A stretch of 64,000 nt of DNA from Phoronis australis (GCA_002633005.1 NMRA01000055.1:186001-250000), one strand, 5' to 3'; numbered from the stretch's first letter, positions 15,217-28,999 are shown. Notes: a model not told the origin generated them from the letters alone. Program-made: numbers and translations.

Positions 15217-17498
15217 ATTTAGACCAAAATCAGGCTGTCTTAGCCCAGTTTCATGCAAAATGTCTTAGGGTCCGTTTCATGAAATTTATTAAAACAAATT
15301 TAATACTGGTCCAAGTAACAAAAATTTACGGCTAATATTGTCAGGAATTGTACAAGACTTGGCTTACCTCAAAATCCAACTCTGCCTGGTGGTTTGGTAA
15401 TTGGCCCAATCATGTTTTACACCCAGCAGAATAAATGAGGAACATAATATGGCAAGATTATACAAAAACTTTAGGTTGTAAACATCACATTTCTTGTCCG
15501 ATTTTTGAAACTCAAAAACTTAACCACGGATACTTTTCACAGACTATTCATTATACATGCTATTTAAAAACTTTCAAAACGAAAATTTAAAAATACTATT
15601 GTTGCCCCCAGTGTTTTTATGATGAGTCTGATTATCTAGGGAAGATAACATCAGCAGCATGGTATAGACCGCAAATTTTAAGGTATGCAAACCAGTCGAG
15701 TCTCAACTGGTGACGGTGTCAACGTAGGATTCTTTTTATGACATCACAGGAAACTGTTGAAGAACAAATTTAGTTAATATTTTTCATATATAACATCTCA
15801 GCTGTTGGAACTATGATTAGAAAGTGTCGTTAGTTAGGAGCTCATAATAAAGTTGAAATGAAAAAAGATAGAATTTATGAATAAACAAAGCCATAAATAT
15901 AAGGAACTTAGCCGAGTCCCTATTTGGGATTGTTTCAAGCAACAGGGAACTCGGGCTCACTTTGGTTGCCCTCACTGGACTTGTAAATATTACAAAAACA
16001 TCGAATACTTACTTGAAAAGAGCAAATGTCAAATTTCTTTCAAGTCCATCAATATCTATCTATTGGTTCTATAATACCACCCATTTATTTATTTTATTTA
16101 TATATTGTGATATTTAAAATGGGGGTGGCCTCTTCAGTGATAGCGCTGCTTTCCAAGAGGGCCCTTTTGAAAAGAAATGCCTTGTTAACAACTAAAAAGG
16201 ACACCAGGGGGCACTAGACTAGTCCAACTCTGTCCAGACATCTCAGCCACATACTCCCCCCAGGTTTCTATGAAATCTGTCAATCAGTACTCCACAAATC
16301 ATCCAGAAATGTTCTTTCCCAAAAATACCAAAGAATAGTCCCGCCCCCTACCTCTGGGGGTGGGTCAGATTGAAAAGCAGCATGCACCTTTCTACACACC
16401 TGTGCTAACTTTCACACCACAGAACAACATGTTTCATACAGTATTAACTTTGAGAATAGGAAAAAACGTTCAAAGAATCGCACCAAAAAAGAAATTGGCC
16501 AATAGGTGACATTCTACTTCATGACATGAAACAGAGCATCACTCATAATCTTCCAGATCTTAAACTCTGGTAAATGGCTGTCGTCCAGCCTTGAGGTTTC
16601 TAACAAATAACTGGAAAGTCCAACCTCACATCACCATTGCCAGTTACCACCATCGACATATACATCATAGAAGCTCAATGGATTTCCAGAAAACCAGCAG
16701 GGTGAGACCGGAATAGAAATTAACCGCCAAGTCAATTTCTAGTTTTGCTATGCATCTTCAAAACATGGTTGCATTTAGTAGAAAGCATACAAAATACAAC
16801 CCAACTGCTTTTCTAAACCATTTTCCAAAATTAAACATCGAGATTCCAGGCCAAAGCTCAAATATTATAGATGAGGTCAGTGTTTAAACAACTTTTTTAG
16901 AAAGACCATTTTCTTACGGCACCATGAAGTAGAAAAACTAAAAAATAATGTTAGTATTCCCATAGAATCAGCTTTATCTAGTTATGTCAGCATGTGATAA
17001 CAAGAGCAACGCAGAGCGTTGGAATGCGCTCATGACAGCACCACAAACGGTGTGCTTCTTTGGTGTTTTAAGTATCACAAAAACGGCCATTAGATGGCAC
17101 AGAATGCATCAAACCCGTCAAAATTGAAAATGAGGTACCGTCTCTGTGAAACAGAACTATTTGTCAAAGTTCATGAAAAGAATTCAAGGAATTCTTACGA
17201 TTTAGGAGTAGATGTAAAATAATTAACACAAGGAGGCACAGCTATAGTCTGTTTGAAAATTATCGTCATCTGTTGCCATGTCCATAACAGCCCATTCGCC
17301 AAATTTCGCAAAGATCCTTCAAAGGGTTAAGAAGTAACAGCAGCAGATGCAAAAAAAAGTCCCTATGGGACGCCAGACTAGTCGAAAACATCCGAAAATC
17401 ACCGAAAGCCGGGGTTGTTTGCATAAGGAACACAGCTGTCAATTTTCATTATGATCCTTTGAGTGCTTTGGCAGATAGAGAGGCACACCTCAAAAGCA

Positions 17499-18920
17499 TC
17501 TATTATCTATTATATAATCTATTATATAAAATGCATCATTTGCACAAACTCCGTCTCCCCCGCTCTACTACAGACCTTCGTTGCGTCTGTCCCAGGTATT
17601 GCACCGGCCCCCTATTTGGATTCGAGGTGTTCTATTTTTTCTTGCAGGCCGTTTTTTGGCAGACGCAGAGGGAGGGTGGCCAGTTTTGTACTGGCCTTGG
17701 TGACTTCAGTTCGTCGGCTTAACGGCCTGGATGACGTCACTACGTCGGCTTAATTTCACTCCCTCCGGCTTCTGTCACGTATACAATTCATCTGGCCTGT
17801 CGCTGCCAAAATTAATGCCTCATTAAAAAATCCTTACTCTTCCTTTAGTAAACTAAATTATTAACCCTTGTGTTGGAAAATTGGCGTTCTTCATTTATTC
17901 TCCTGCTAAAATTGCAATGCGCTCTTTGGGCGCCATTGCATCACCTGTTGGCCAATTTCCATGTTATTCAATCACCAGCAGATGTAATCTCAAGAGTGCG
18001 TGAATTGCTTACAGATGCCGAGATTGTACAACAGCAGGAGAGATGTGGGCAACAAAGCGCCTCAAAGAGCAAGGATGGCAATACGAAGATGCAGCAAAAA
18101 CTCGTATCAGGGGAGAAGATCGAAGAGTGTGTAACCAGCACGAACTTGGTTGCATCTCCAAATTTACATTGTGTGCGATACTGGAAGGAGGAGGGCCAGA
18201 GACTATCCCGGTGCCTACCCTCTGACATCACCACAGAAACAGAAACAGAAACAGAAACAGAAACAGAAACAATCAAATGTGAGGTTGCATACATGTCATA
18301 ACAATCACAAGTGGTTTCATTTCATTACAAGTTTTTACTATTTTGTGATCAGAAAACCCAATTTCAGAAAAAAAAACTCTCAAGAGATATCGTAAAATTT
18401 TCGGATATGGCACATACGTGCGGGTGCGACAAGTACGCACTGTTTTCAAAACGACCACAGATTTCCTTTGTTACAAAAGGCGGAGAATTATGAAAAATAA
18501 TGTTTATTAGATTGTCTTTTTACTTCTATAAACGGCTGTAACGGGCAAGGTGAATGTCGGTTCATTCCCAGATTCTGCAAGCACCCCCGTTGTTAGCTCT
18601 AAGTTTCACGACGAGGTGACAAGCTGAACACCGGGGTTCGGTGATGATTTCGGTGTCTAACTGGAGCTCTACACACACTAGCTACCTAGCTGTATGTTGA
18701 CGATAGTCTTCATACAGCTAGCTGGCTTTCTACCTCAGTATGTACATTTATGATGCAACTTTTGTAATATACAGTATTTTCAATGCATTCTTAGTTTTCA
18801 CTTTAAAGAATATCTGATTACTGTACTTTGTGTTACGGCAGGGTCAGATGTTCTGGAAAGAAATTTGTACTGCCTGGGGAAAGAATCCCGCAGCCGCACT
18901 AGTGGGCACAGCAGTACTCG
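17499..18920 (+). mobile_element. Non-autonomous Helitron
   Basis: Inserted between A(17498) and T(18921) with no TSD. Reiterated 5' end TCTATTA-TCTATTATATAA-TCTATTATATAAA. Subterminal hairpin GCCGCACTAGTGGGC, ending 9 nt before a terminal CTCG (canonical CTRR). Confidence 0.7.
18233..18272. repeat. (ACAGAA)n microsatellite inside the Helitron
   Basis: Six perfect units plus a partial; source of the TETETE, QKQKQK and VSVSVS ORFs. Confidence 0.95.
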
Positions 18921-19700
18921 TCGTCATCGGTCGTCAGCTGCATAAGAAGACAGCTGCCAAATTTCAATAAGATCCTGCAAGGGGCTTAGGAGATACAGCT
19001 GCAGACACTGAATGTCCAGACAAAGATGACGACAGTATGCACTCACATGTAAATGTGTAGGCAAATAAAAAGTCATTCAACTAGAAATAACAATTCCTGC
19101 CAGTAGATAATTAATTAGGGGCAGTTATCCTACCAAGGATAAATCATTTTTGCCTAATTGCCAAGCAACTTACAGCACAATACAGGTACTTTATGCATCA
19201 CAGTTGTACAAAAATTATGTACAGAGTTAAATAGTATGTACAACACAATAGGACCGCCCCAGACTACATGGTGGTAGAAAGCACATGACATGTTTGCAAC
19301 TCGTAACAATCTTCAAACCTGACTTTTGTCATTGTCGAGGCTAAAAAAAACGTTGAGTAATTCTCAAAGAAGTCATGTTGTGTACCAACTCAACTGTAAT
19401 GAATGTGAACAGTTTTACATTGCAATGACGAACAGGATTCTCAGCATCAGAGTCAAAGAACACTGTAAAGACACGCACAGTGCTGTTCTCAATCCTTCCT
19501 TGACAACTGGTCATACTATAGATTGCTCTGGTGTTCAGATCCTAGACAAGGATAATGCCACCCTCAGGCTCCTCATAAAGGAGGCTATGCATGTAGGGTT
19601 GAATCATGCTGAGTGTTACCTCAATAGAAACAATGGTTCATTTGAGCTCCAACTGTTTGGATTTCTGGTCTGTCCCTCTCACAATGCATTTTGACATGTA

Positions 19701-19840
19701 CCTGTACAGTCTCTTCTCTACCCGTACAGTCTCTTCTCTACCCGTACAGTCTCTTCTCTACCCGTACAGTCTCTTCTCTACCCGTACAGTCTCTTCTCTA
19801 CCCGTACAGTCTCTTCTCTACCCATACAGTCTCTTCTCTA
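19701..19840. repeat. 20-bp minisatellite CCCGTACAGTCTCTTCTCTA x7
   Basis: Seven nearly identical units, directly visible. Confidence 0.95.
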
Positions 19841-19873
19841 CCTGTGTCGCCTGTTTTGAGTCTGTGAAGTGTT

Positions 19874-19913
19874 TCCTTGACAACGGTTTAGAGTAATAAA
19901 CCAAAACGTTGGA
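19874..19913 (+). ncRNA. Variant minimal hammerhead-ribozyme-like motif (probably inactive)
   Basis: TCC-TTGACAA-C-GGTTTA-gagtaa-TAAACC-AAAA-CGTT-GGA: stems I and II pair, the core has U3/A8 instead of C3/G8, and G12 appears as A. Confidence 0.5.
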
Positions 19914-20019
19914 TAGATATGTCGTTATTTACTTACGCGCTAATTTTAAATTTCGTGCTTCTGTTCTGGCCAAAATCAAATGTGATCACATGACCTAGTT
20001 TTGGAAATTGACATTGGAA

Positions 20020-20170
20020 GGCCAAATAGAATAATGCAAACCGAAAAAACTTGTAAAGAATCAGACAACAAATAACATGTGAATCTCCAGTGGTATGAAA
20101 ACAAGGCAGCAAATGAGCCTGACGGATGTTTACGGCATTGTGGGTAAATACAGTGAGATTCGAGTGTCCC
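20020..20170 (-). repeat. Dispersed repeat shared with about 49070-49215 and 57380-57525 (opposite orientation)
   Basis: A CCCACAATGCC..AAACATCCGTCAGGC..TGCTGCCT.GTTTTCAT..TGTCTGATTCTTTACAAGTTTTT block is present in all three. Confidence 0.75.
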
Positions 20171-21554
20171 TGTGTAATCCTTGACAGCCCTACTACAGGG
20201 TTTATACGGTACAACAAAAATCAATAGTCAGAAGAGATTTACCTTTCCACTTCCGACTACCATTAGGAGTGAAACCTCTCATCAGCCAAACCACATTAAT
20301 CTCATTTTACACAGACAGAAGTCCATTTAACAGAGAGAAGGTTTTGAAGTGACACAAAATCTGTGTCAATCAGCATAGTATTGGATAAGTGAAACAGGAT
20401 ACAAGAAAACAATGACATATATGTAACAATTTGTGGTTAAGGACTTTTGACCAGAAGTTTACCTTCTTGCCTTGCCCAAACCACATCAAACCAATGTGTG
20501 ATATCAATGTTGACACAGGCAAGTATCTAAAGACTCCTCAATAACAACAAAAGTGGAGGTCACCTTGTTTTTGTGACAGTTAGTTATGAAACAATCCACA
20601 AATATTGTGACAGTTGAGGCCACAATTTAGCCATAGAATCCTAGAAGAGGTATATAAGACAACTGATGCTGTCAGTACCGTGACTTGTTAATAAGCAGTT
20701 TCCACACTGAGGCATGACGTCTTTAGTGACCAAATTCCCAATAAAACAGTACACGTACACCTTCAGAGTTTGAAACACTACCTAAGGTTCTTTTTCCTAC
20801 TACACAAATCTAAAGGTTTTTAACCTGTATTTTAAAACTTTGTTTCAAAAGATATATTCAGTTTCAACAACATGACATCTCGGCTTGTGCCGTTTCTAGC
20901 TCAAAAACAATAAAAATTCACAACATTTCAAGAATCTCTACAAAAAAGGTTAGGTTTATGGAATTAACCATTGCAAAAGGGTGGTGTTTCTGAAAAGGGC
21001 GACTTTTTCATAGATGCTCCCTACACTCTTTAAATTGGTGAGTATCCTAATTTTCTAGCAGAACCCTCCCCCCTCAAAAATATAGTCAAGCACCCTTCAG
21101 GTATAAAATACTCAGGCTTAAATTAGCCTGTGGTTGCCTGGTTTGAAACTCAAACATGGGCACTAACATGATATTTACATGACAGTTTTTACCAACAAAT
21201 TGACACTGGGAACAACTAGCCACAGCCCAGTGAGGGTGCCTACATACACTAAAGACTATTTTCATGTCCACAAGGACTTTCCACCTGAGCTCAGTTTCTA
21301 TTAATACAGGCTTTATAAACAATTGGAGAGATCAGTTTCTGATATCATTTTGCACTTAAGTATCAAAGTCAAGCCCAGTGTCAAGGTACAGCTGGTACGA
21401 ACCTGGGATGTGAAACTTGATTTCAGGGAATATTGAGTGAAACTACACCAGACAAAACAATCACTGTAACTCAACACAATCACTGAGACTTGAGAGAGTG
21501 GGCCTACACAGCTAATGTCAGGATATTCAGCAATTCGGTTTTGTTGATCCTTAT

Positions 21555-21945
21555 CATTGTCACCATTGTCATTACAGTCATCATTATCATTATCATTAGC
21601 AGTGTTTATATTTAAAGATCTTGCCCACTTAAAATGATCAAAGTACTGTGCAATTTAAAAACAAAGATGGCAGAACACAATGAAATTGTATGCGTGATCA
21701 TGAATACACAACATTAACAAACGAGATTGAAAGCGAAAAAACTAAAACATTACCAGATTATGAGTAAGAGTAACAATTATAAAACGTTAGAACTAGCAAC
21801 AGTAGGTATTAACGGTGAGAACAAGATGTGCTTTAATAAGAGATATTCTAAAATCAGCACAACTAGTTCACTGATGCAGATCTAGTGAAGAAAAGCATTC
21901 CACAGAGATGCTACAGCTACTGAAAACATTAGGCATATTTTACGC
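21555..21945 (-). mobile_element. L2/CR1-type LINE 3' tail fragment
   Basis: The - strand gives FSVAVASLWNAF, resembling the L2 C-terminal AFSxxxPxLWNxLP motif, and ends at a CAT/TAT-type short tandem tail. Confidence 0.45.
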
Positions 21946-24900
21946 TAACAGGATTCACACGCAAGTGGACGAGAAAGCACCTCAGAGTACCTTGTGAAGT
22001 CCTGGTAAATCAAAGGCTTGATGGCATGGTCACAGATTGAAGTGAACTAAACACTATTCATGGACTTGGTAGAATGTGTATTGATGGAAATATGTTATCC
22101 CCACTAAGGGACAGGGTAGTAGCGGTAGTCAAAACTCCCCATAAATCAATGTCAGCCAGGTTTCTGTTAATGGTAACATGTGACAAATTTCATATTTCGA
22201 ACCGTTCAACAAAAAGACAAATTCCAAAAAAGAACATTAAAACACTAAAAAATTTCACTACTCTAGGGTGAGCATAATTTGCTGGAGTTTGCTCATGTGT
22301 CACCTTCTTCTTTATGGAAACACAAGTATGGATTCAACTTCATCAAAGTCCATCCACATATATGTGGGCGCATAAAAATCAACAGAATTGACCTATATTA
22401 ATTAAACAAAAGACCAGTTAACAAGTTTAAGAAAAGGTAGTTGCAGCACTTAAGTTATTTTACAAATGTCAGCTAAAAAACACACTTTTCGAGACTATGG
22501 TACGTAAAACGTGCCGTGTTTCCCGCAGACACAGAAGTCCGAACCAGGCAAAGCTTCAAACAAGAGCACAAGTTCAAGCTCAAGTTCACTTAGTGGTAAG
22601 TTGAACAGTGGGGTGCTTACATCGAAATTTGACCAAAAGAGTAAAATTTTCCAGGTGCTGTGTCATTCCACAAATCAATAGGCTTGTGCGATAGAAATAT
22701 AACGTGTGTTGTAAACTGTAACTAAAATAAACATTTTGGATGATTAAAGTAAAAAAAATGATAAAAAAAGATGAAAAAAGAGGAAAATAGAAATCAAATA
22801 AGAGAAAATCTATACAAAAAATAGACAATCCTCTAATAATCACCTCAATCAAAAACAGCCCAGCCTTGAGCCTTCTTAGGAGTGATAGAATCCATCACTT
22901 GAAAGATCTCATGAGGGGCTTGCAGTAAACTCTCACATTAATATAAAGTTTGAGTGTTATGTGTTACGTTGGAAAAGAAAAAAGATGAAGCTGCCTCAGT
23001 TCAAGAACCTAGAGACTGTCAATTTAAACCTGAACAAAGACAATTCAAAGCCCCACGAATACACGAAATAAGACTTGAATTCTCATAATATTGTGTAGGA
23101 GACCTCCCCCCAGACCCCCTATCAGATACAGTACCCCTCCCGTGCCCTCTTCATTGGCCAAGCGACAAAATGCTTCCAACTTCATTGGGAAATGAACAAC
23201 TCTTTTTGTTGTAAGTTATAACAATTAGTTCCTTGATCTGGTTCCAGAGGGCACCAGTGTCTGACTAGACAAACCACCTGAGTAGGGCAAATTTCTGCTA
23301 CACTGAAGTTGAAAATCCATTTGACACTTTAAGTACATGGAAACTAAAAAACAATGCAATAAAAGTTATATTAGGCCAAATATAGCACAAACGGTTCTGC
23401 GTTTTTGATAATTGAATGGTGTTTTGGTATTTTTCAGTTGTATATCTTAAAAAAAACCCATTACAAGCTGAAGTGGTGCGTTCTTTGTGGGAGGCTGTTT
23501 CAAAATTGTTCGACTTGTTTTTAGAAACTAATTCTTAATTAATCAATGTGATAAAACAACTGATTGTCGCTACATTGCCACGCTATTTTGATATAATAAC
23601 TACCCTAATACATACACTGTACCTTTTGAACCAACAGAACTTTGTTGAAAGTGATATGGGTGAGGACATTTTTATGAGCAGGTGCAAACCAGAACCAATT
23701 ATTCTATTTTTTCTGGGGTAATAATATCATATTGGTCCTAGGTTAAATAACACAGGGATCCCGTGTCTCCCTAGTTATGATTGGCCATATCTCTTGCGTT
23801 TTCATAAGTTTCTTACACCTACAGAACTAAGTTCAGGTGAACAACAGGAAACCACAACTTAAGCCCTGAACAAATAACCAACCTTTAAAACCACATACTA
23901 TAGATACTCCCCAACACTCATAAAGTAGGTTCAAGCTGTCACCTAAAAACTGACAGACAATGTTACCAACAATGTTAGGTTTTGTACTGACCTTCTTAGC
24001 TGAAGAATGCCAAGCTTTTTGAAACAAGAATGTTTCCCTCAGAGTTACCTCATCGTATAATTATGACTTCTGATAAGTGAAGTAAGGTGTACACATTGGT
24101 GCATGTAGACATTGGAGAAAACAGGCCAAGAGCAAAAAGAACTGAGGAACAGGAAAGTCGTCAGAAAAATGTAGAACCAAAACTACTACTTCAATTTTGG
24201 AACAAATTCTTATTGTTTACATCATGTCTCACACAATTATTAAACTTACAATTCATTTAACATGAATAATTTGACTGTGACTGAGCAAAGAAGGCAACTT
24301 TGCCGTTCTCTGATTGTAAAAGGCCAACTTTCGTCTCAACTAGTCGTAGAATGACTATAACCTCAGTCCACGAATCAAACTACATGCATCACCACCCTGC
24401 ACTGCACTACACAATCAAATGACCTTCCCATTAAAACAATTTAAAGCTGCAACACACCAGCATTCTGAAAAAATCTCATGTTAGATTTCTAAGACAACTT
24501 AATACTGCTTACAAAACTGGTCTCTGGTCTCTACTTGTGTCTTAAACAGCGGTTTCTGGGCTTTGCAACAACTGACAGCTCATTACTGCTCGAGATCATG
24601 AGGTGCACATAAAATGATCTGCTGTACCTAACAATAGATTACTTTTGAAACAGACGCGTCATATTGAAATTCACTGACCTGCCAGACGGCGAACAGGTCT
24701 TCGGTGGACAGGTGATCAGCGCCACCTACAGATCCTATGTAATGTCGATGAGAGGTTTCAATTTACTGGCAAAAAGTGTTTTAACACCTTTCTTATTATT
24801 ATAATGCCGGCAAACTTCCCATGCTGTGTGGTGAGATGTACTAATGTCTTACAAAGAAAGCAAACCTTTTAAAAAATCAATGGATGAAAAAGGACATTAT

Positions 24901-27148
24901 GTTCCATGCATGTCATGCTGCGAAGAAGAATACATCAACAAAGACAGTGAGAATTTCGATCCCTGCCGGTGTCAAAAAAAGTAAATCCTGGAACCAGTTG
25001 TCGCTAGGTTAGGAGGCTGTGTGAATGCTATTTAAACTAGTGCAAGATACCCCACTTGTAAGAACCAGTACTCCACCAAGGCAGAAGTAATTTACTCCAT
25101 GTAGTAACATACGGACAGGTTTTCTTTTGTGTGTTCATTGTCAAGCACAGAGCAACAACTTCTGCCTTACCCTAGTTTAACAATATATTAATAAAACATA
25201 AAAATGGTTCCAGGTGACCAGTGCAATGGGCCCATAAGCACAGCCTGCACATGTCTGGTACAACATGAATCAGACCTCCAGGAATTATTTTTATATAGTT
25301 ATCAGATATGTGTGTGTGGGGGGCTACACTTAAAAGTGGCATAAGTTGCACTAGAGCAAGTTGTTCTGGGGTAGGCTGTGTGGACGGGACTTTAAACTAA
25401 TCAAACAATGGGAGGGGCTGACAGTGGAACTTATTCATCTTTTTTAATTAATGAACCCCAATGTATTAATAGAATTCCTGTCCAACAAATCTAAGTCGGG
25501 ATCAATCGGAAGTCACGTTGGTGCTCACATTACTCTAAAGAGAGCCAACATGAAAAGTTCCCTATTCAGACATGTTTTTGAGACTGGACTTCAACAATAA
25601 TGAACTGTCACTTCTTTCCAACTCCTGAATATCAACTTGAGTAAGGAACTAGCTGAGACCAATGAACCTCATACAAGGCCGGCTTACCATAGGGGGCTGG
25701 GGGGAGGCTACAGCCCCCCACTTATTTCAGTGCTGTGCCGCCCATGTCATAATGTTAAATCAAAATACAATTTTTGGACGGATGGCAGGCCTACGGCAGC
25801 TTTAAGAAAGTGAACATTCCAGACTTTTTGAAGAGTTAAAGCTAACAAATACACACTGCAGTGCAAGCACTCAAAAATGGAATCACATGCACCCATACAC
25901 AGCCAGTCACAGTATTGCAACAATTTCCTGTAAAATCTTAGTGCAGTACTTACATTTTCTGGGTACTTCTGCAGACACAGCAATTTGACAATATATAATC
26001 TGTAAAGAGAGAAATCAATAGTGTATTGGAAAACTCTATCAGTGTATGTTCACTAATGAGCTTACAACTCCTAAGTGCTATTTGCTACTTAGTTAATATA
26101 AAACATAAACCCAAATATACAAACATATAAAAATTGACCAAATCTTTCGCTACTCCTAAATCGACAGAATTTCTGAAGCAAAATTGTGGCTTTCATAATA
26201 ACTAATTTTTGTCTTATTTTCTTCATGATTTTGCCACAACTGGCAACTTATGTCAAACTTTTTTTGAAATTATTGGAACCGACACAGCAATGATTGCTGT
26301 ATTGTACATTGACTGTATTGTACATTGACTGTATTGTACACTGAATATGAGGGAAAATAATAATGTCGTGAGCATTTCTTGGACCTCTCCTTAACATAAA
26401 ATATTTCAAAAAGTAAAATTCTAACCATGATTATTCTCTCGCCGAAAAAGAAGAAAAATCCACAGTATCAGTATATTTTTATGTTGATGTACATCTATCA
26501 TGAATCACAAATGGAAAAATTTATATTATTTGTTGCAACCCCATTCGAAAATTCAAAAACATGACAATATTTGGCAACTATTTTGAATGGAATTACTGGC
26601 AATGTTGGGGAGAAGGGGGAATGTATTTGGTACAGGTCACTGAACACTGTTAGTTGACTGGGATATGACAATATTGAACAACACACATTCAGGTCAACCA
26701 TCGTCACATACAAAACATATTCAGGGCACAGTTCAAGTTTAAATAAGCATTATAGTAAAACAAAAATAATCTGAAAACAAGTTCAAGGCACAACAGTTTA
26801 CAACTTGTTTGTGCACCCATACACCTAATACTGAAAACGTATCTTTGAAAGCATGTTCAGGGCACATAACAGAAGCTGGATTGCTTGTAAAATCTATATC
26901 AAATTAAATCAAAGCAAATTAATAGATTACATTGATTTTTAGTCTTCAAGTACTTTACATCAGAAAAAATCGTCATCTTATTTTGTAAATTGTTTCATTT
27001 TAGCCCATGTCCTTGATTGTAGAACTCTAAATTAAATCAACACAAAGACGAATTTAACAGTGGTCTAAATTTCAAAAACCAGACCATCAATGTCAATGTA
27101 GCATGTCCTTAAACCGCTCAACATCTTAAAACTAAATTGAACAATAAC

Positions 27149-27495
27149 TTGAAGCTGCATTGTGCCCATCTCAGCTGGCTAAAAACGAAAATTGACTTGG
27201 GCTTCTTACACTCATATAATCAGTCCCTTAATATTTCATGACCACGATAAGACTATATTTCTGTTACCAACTTACGTCACAGGCAATGAGTTCAAATTTG
27301 TAGTTTTAGGGTTGACCAACCCCATTTAAGGGTTGGCCTACCCCAATGAACTCTGAAGTTACTGATTGTGTTGGATGTTCTTGTTGGTATCGGAAATACA
27401 ATCTTATCATGCTAAGGAACATTATGACATAGATTTCATGTGAGTAAAACGTCTGAGTTTTTTAGCCAACTAAACACGGCAAAATTCAGCTTCAA
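27149..27495. mobile_element. Decayed palindromic (foldback) MITE
   Basis: Ends TTGAAGCTG / CAGCTTCAA. Inner arms pair (GGCTAAAAA/TTTTTAGCC; GATAAGACTATATTTC/GAAATACAATCTTATC). Centre GGGTTGACCAACCC..GGGTTGGCCTACCC. Confidence 0.7.
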
Positions 27496-28999
27496 CTGAT
27501 TAAAAGGTAAGAAACCCGTAGGTGAAATGTTTGGGATTCTTTTCTATACACTTATATTCCCTCCATTTCCAATACAAATAAATACCTTTAAGACCACCTC
27601 TCAACACTTCAGACTACGTAGTAATCACTGAGTACAGACACAAGACATAACACATACCTCATCACAGCAACAGGTTGGGTTATGAATCATCACAGGTGAC
27701 AATAACACATTCAGGTGTGCTAATCAACACTTTAAACAGCCAACACACTGATTACACCAAGGATGTGTTAAAATAAGATGACATGTAAACCAAATTTTTA
27801 GCATTTATACCTTATACCTCGTTTTGACATTTGATTTTCGATATTTCTAAGACAATCAGCAAGTTATACTAACTGATCAATACTGAAATCTGGCATGTGG
27901 CTGAAATAAAGAAAAAAAAGAATTTTATCATCCAGGAACAAGGAGTTGTTGTTTCCCCTGAACAATACCTCAAGTGAACAGTAATTGTCTGGACACTTTC
28001 AATCTGAACAGCACAAGGTAGTGTTCATTTTTCTTTATTGGAGTCTTTGTTGAAATTAAACAGGTTGGAACTTAGCACAAAAAGGGCACACTTGAACAAT
28101 AATAGCTTTGGTAATATTGTAGTAAAATGAACGGATCATGTGATCATATTGAAACAAATGAAATGGACAACATAAAAACCAGGTCATGAAACATTCTGAT
28201 ACCTCAGATAGCAATGGCGGACAAGAGAAATGTTATTTTTTATTTTTCTCATGAAAGATAATGATGTAGCAATTAAGTAATGCTTTTACATATTGAAGGT
28301 TAGCACTATAGCTACCAACAGAAAACATGTTGAAAAATTGCAGACATTCACAACGATGTCAGAAGTCTTTAAAAATGAAAAAATAGCTATCATCAGGTGA
28401 TTATTTTTCTTTGAAATTGGTGAGATTTTACTGCAGGTCCTAGCCTCTTGTCTTAATAAAACTTAACTTATTAGTTTATATATTTATTATTTATTATAGT
28501 GACATGGATGCATCGCAGAATGTTAGGTCATAATAAAACCCATGTTGGCTGACATCCCCTTCAACTTATTAGGTTGCTACATGACCTTGGAATGTTGATC
28601 ATTTGTTTTTTCTTAAGGCAAACGTCTTATCTTTTAGTGCATTATGAAAAGGACCTGTGCATAACATGAAAAAAAAATTCGGTCCATATAACTGTACTTT
28701 TATCAACTGCGGGGGCTAGGTAAAGAAAAAAAATATTTTACTAAAATCCTTATAACTCTAGCACAAGCCTAGTAATGCAAACGCTGTGTCCCATAAACAA
28801 GTAGGTCTTTTAGTATGAGAGTAGTAGTTAAATTGTGGTGGTGTAGTGGTAACGTGCGCGCGCTCAGTCGTACAGGTCATGAGTACGAGTCTTTGGTACT
28901 TGCAGTTTTTCCTGTTTGACACGTTCTCCGTGTTTATTTTTTGCCTTTTTTTCTTGGATAATACTTCAGGAATCAAGGAAAATGCTTGATTTTTAGAGG

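Larger units (their letters stand above)
16999..19071 (-). mobile_element. Full-length HINE-like element, split by a Helitron insertion
   Basis: One end reads CAACGC-TCT-GCGTTG-CTCTTGTT on the - strand (short hairpin plus CTTGTT, as in DINE-1 block B). The other end is a decayed hairpin plus A-run at about 19037-19071. Removing 17499-18920 rejoins AAAAGCA|TCGTCATC, resembling the repeat unit seen near 17255. Confidence 0.65.
19326..19940 (+). mobile_element. Penelope-like retroelement 3' fragment: GIY-YIG endonuclease remnant plus pLTR-like tail
   Basis: ORF SHVVYQLNCNECEQFYIAMTNRILSIRVKEH...SAV...GHTID...QILDK...LLIKEAMH...LNRNNG matches the Penelope GIY-YIG pattern (VVY-C-C-YIG-T-R-R-EH-S-H-E-LN). 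A hammerhead-like motif lies at 19874-19913. Confidence 0.85.

Noticed and set aside
19701-19840. CRISPR-like appearance of the 20-, 25- and 30-bp arrays (also 37785-38027 and 46548-46647)
   Set aside because: Head-to-tail units with no unique spacers, no cas genes and a eukaryotic context: these are minisatellites.
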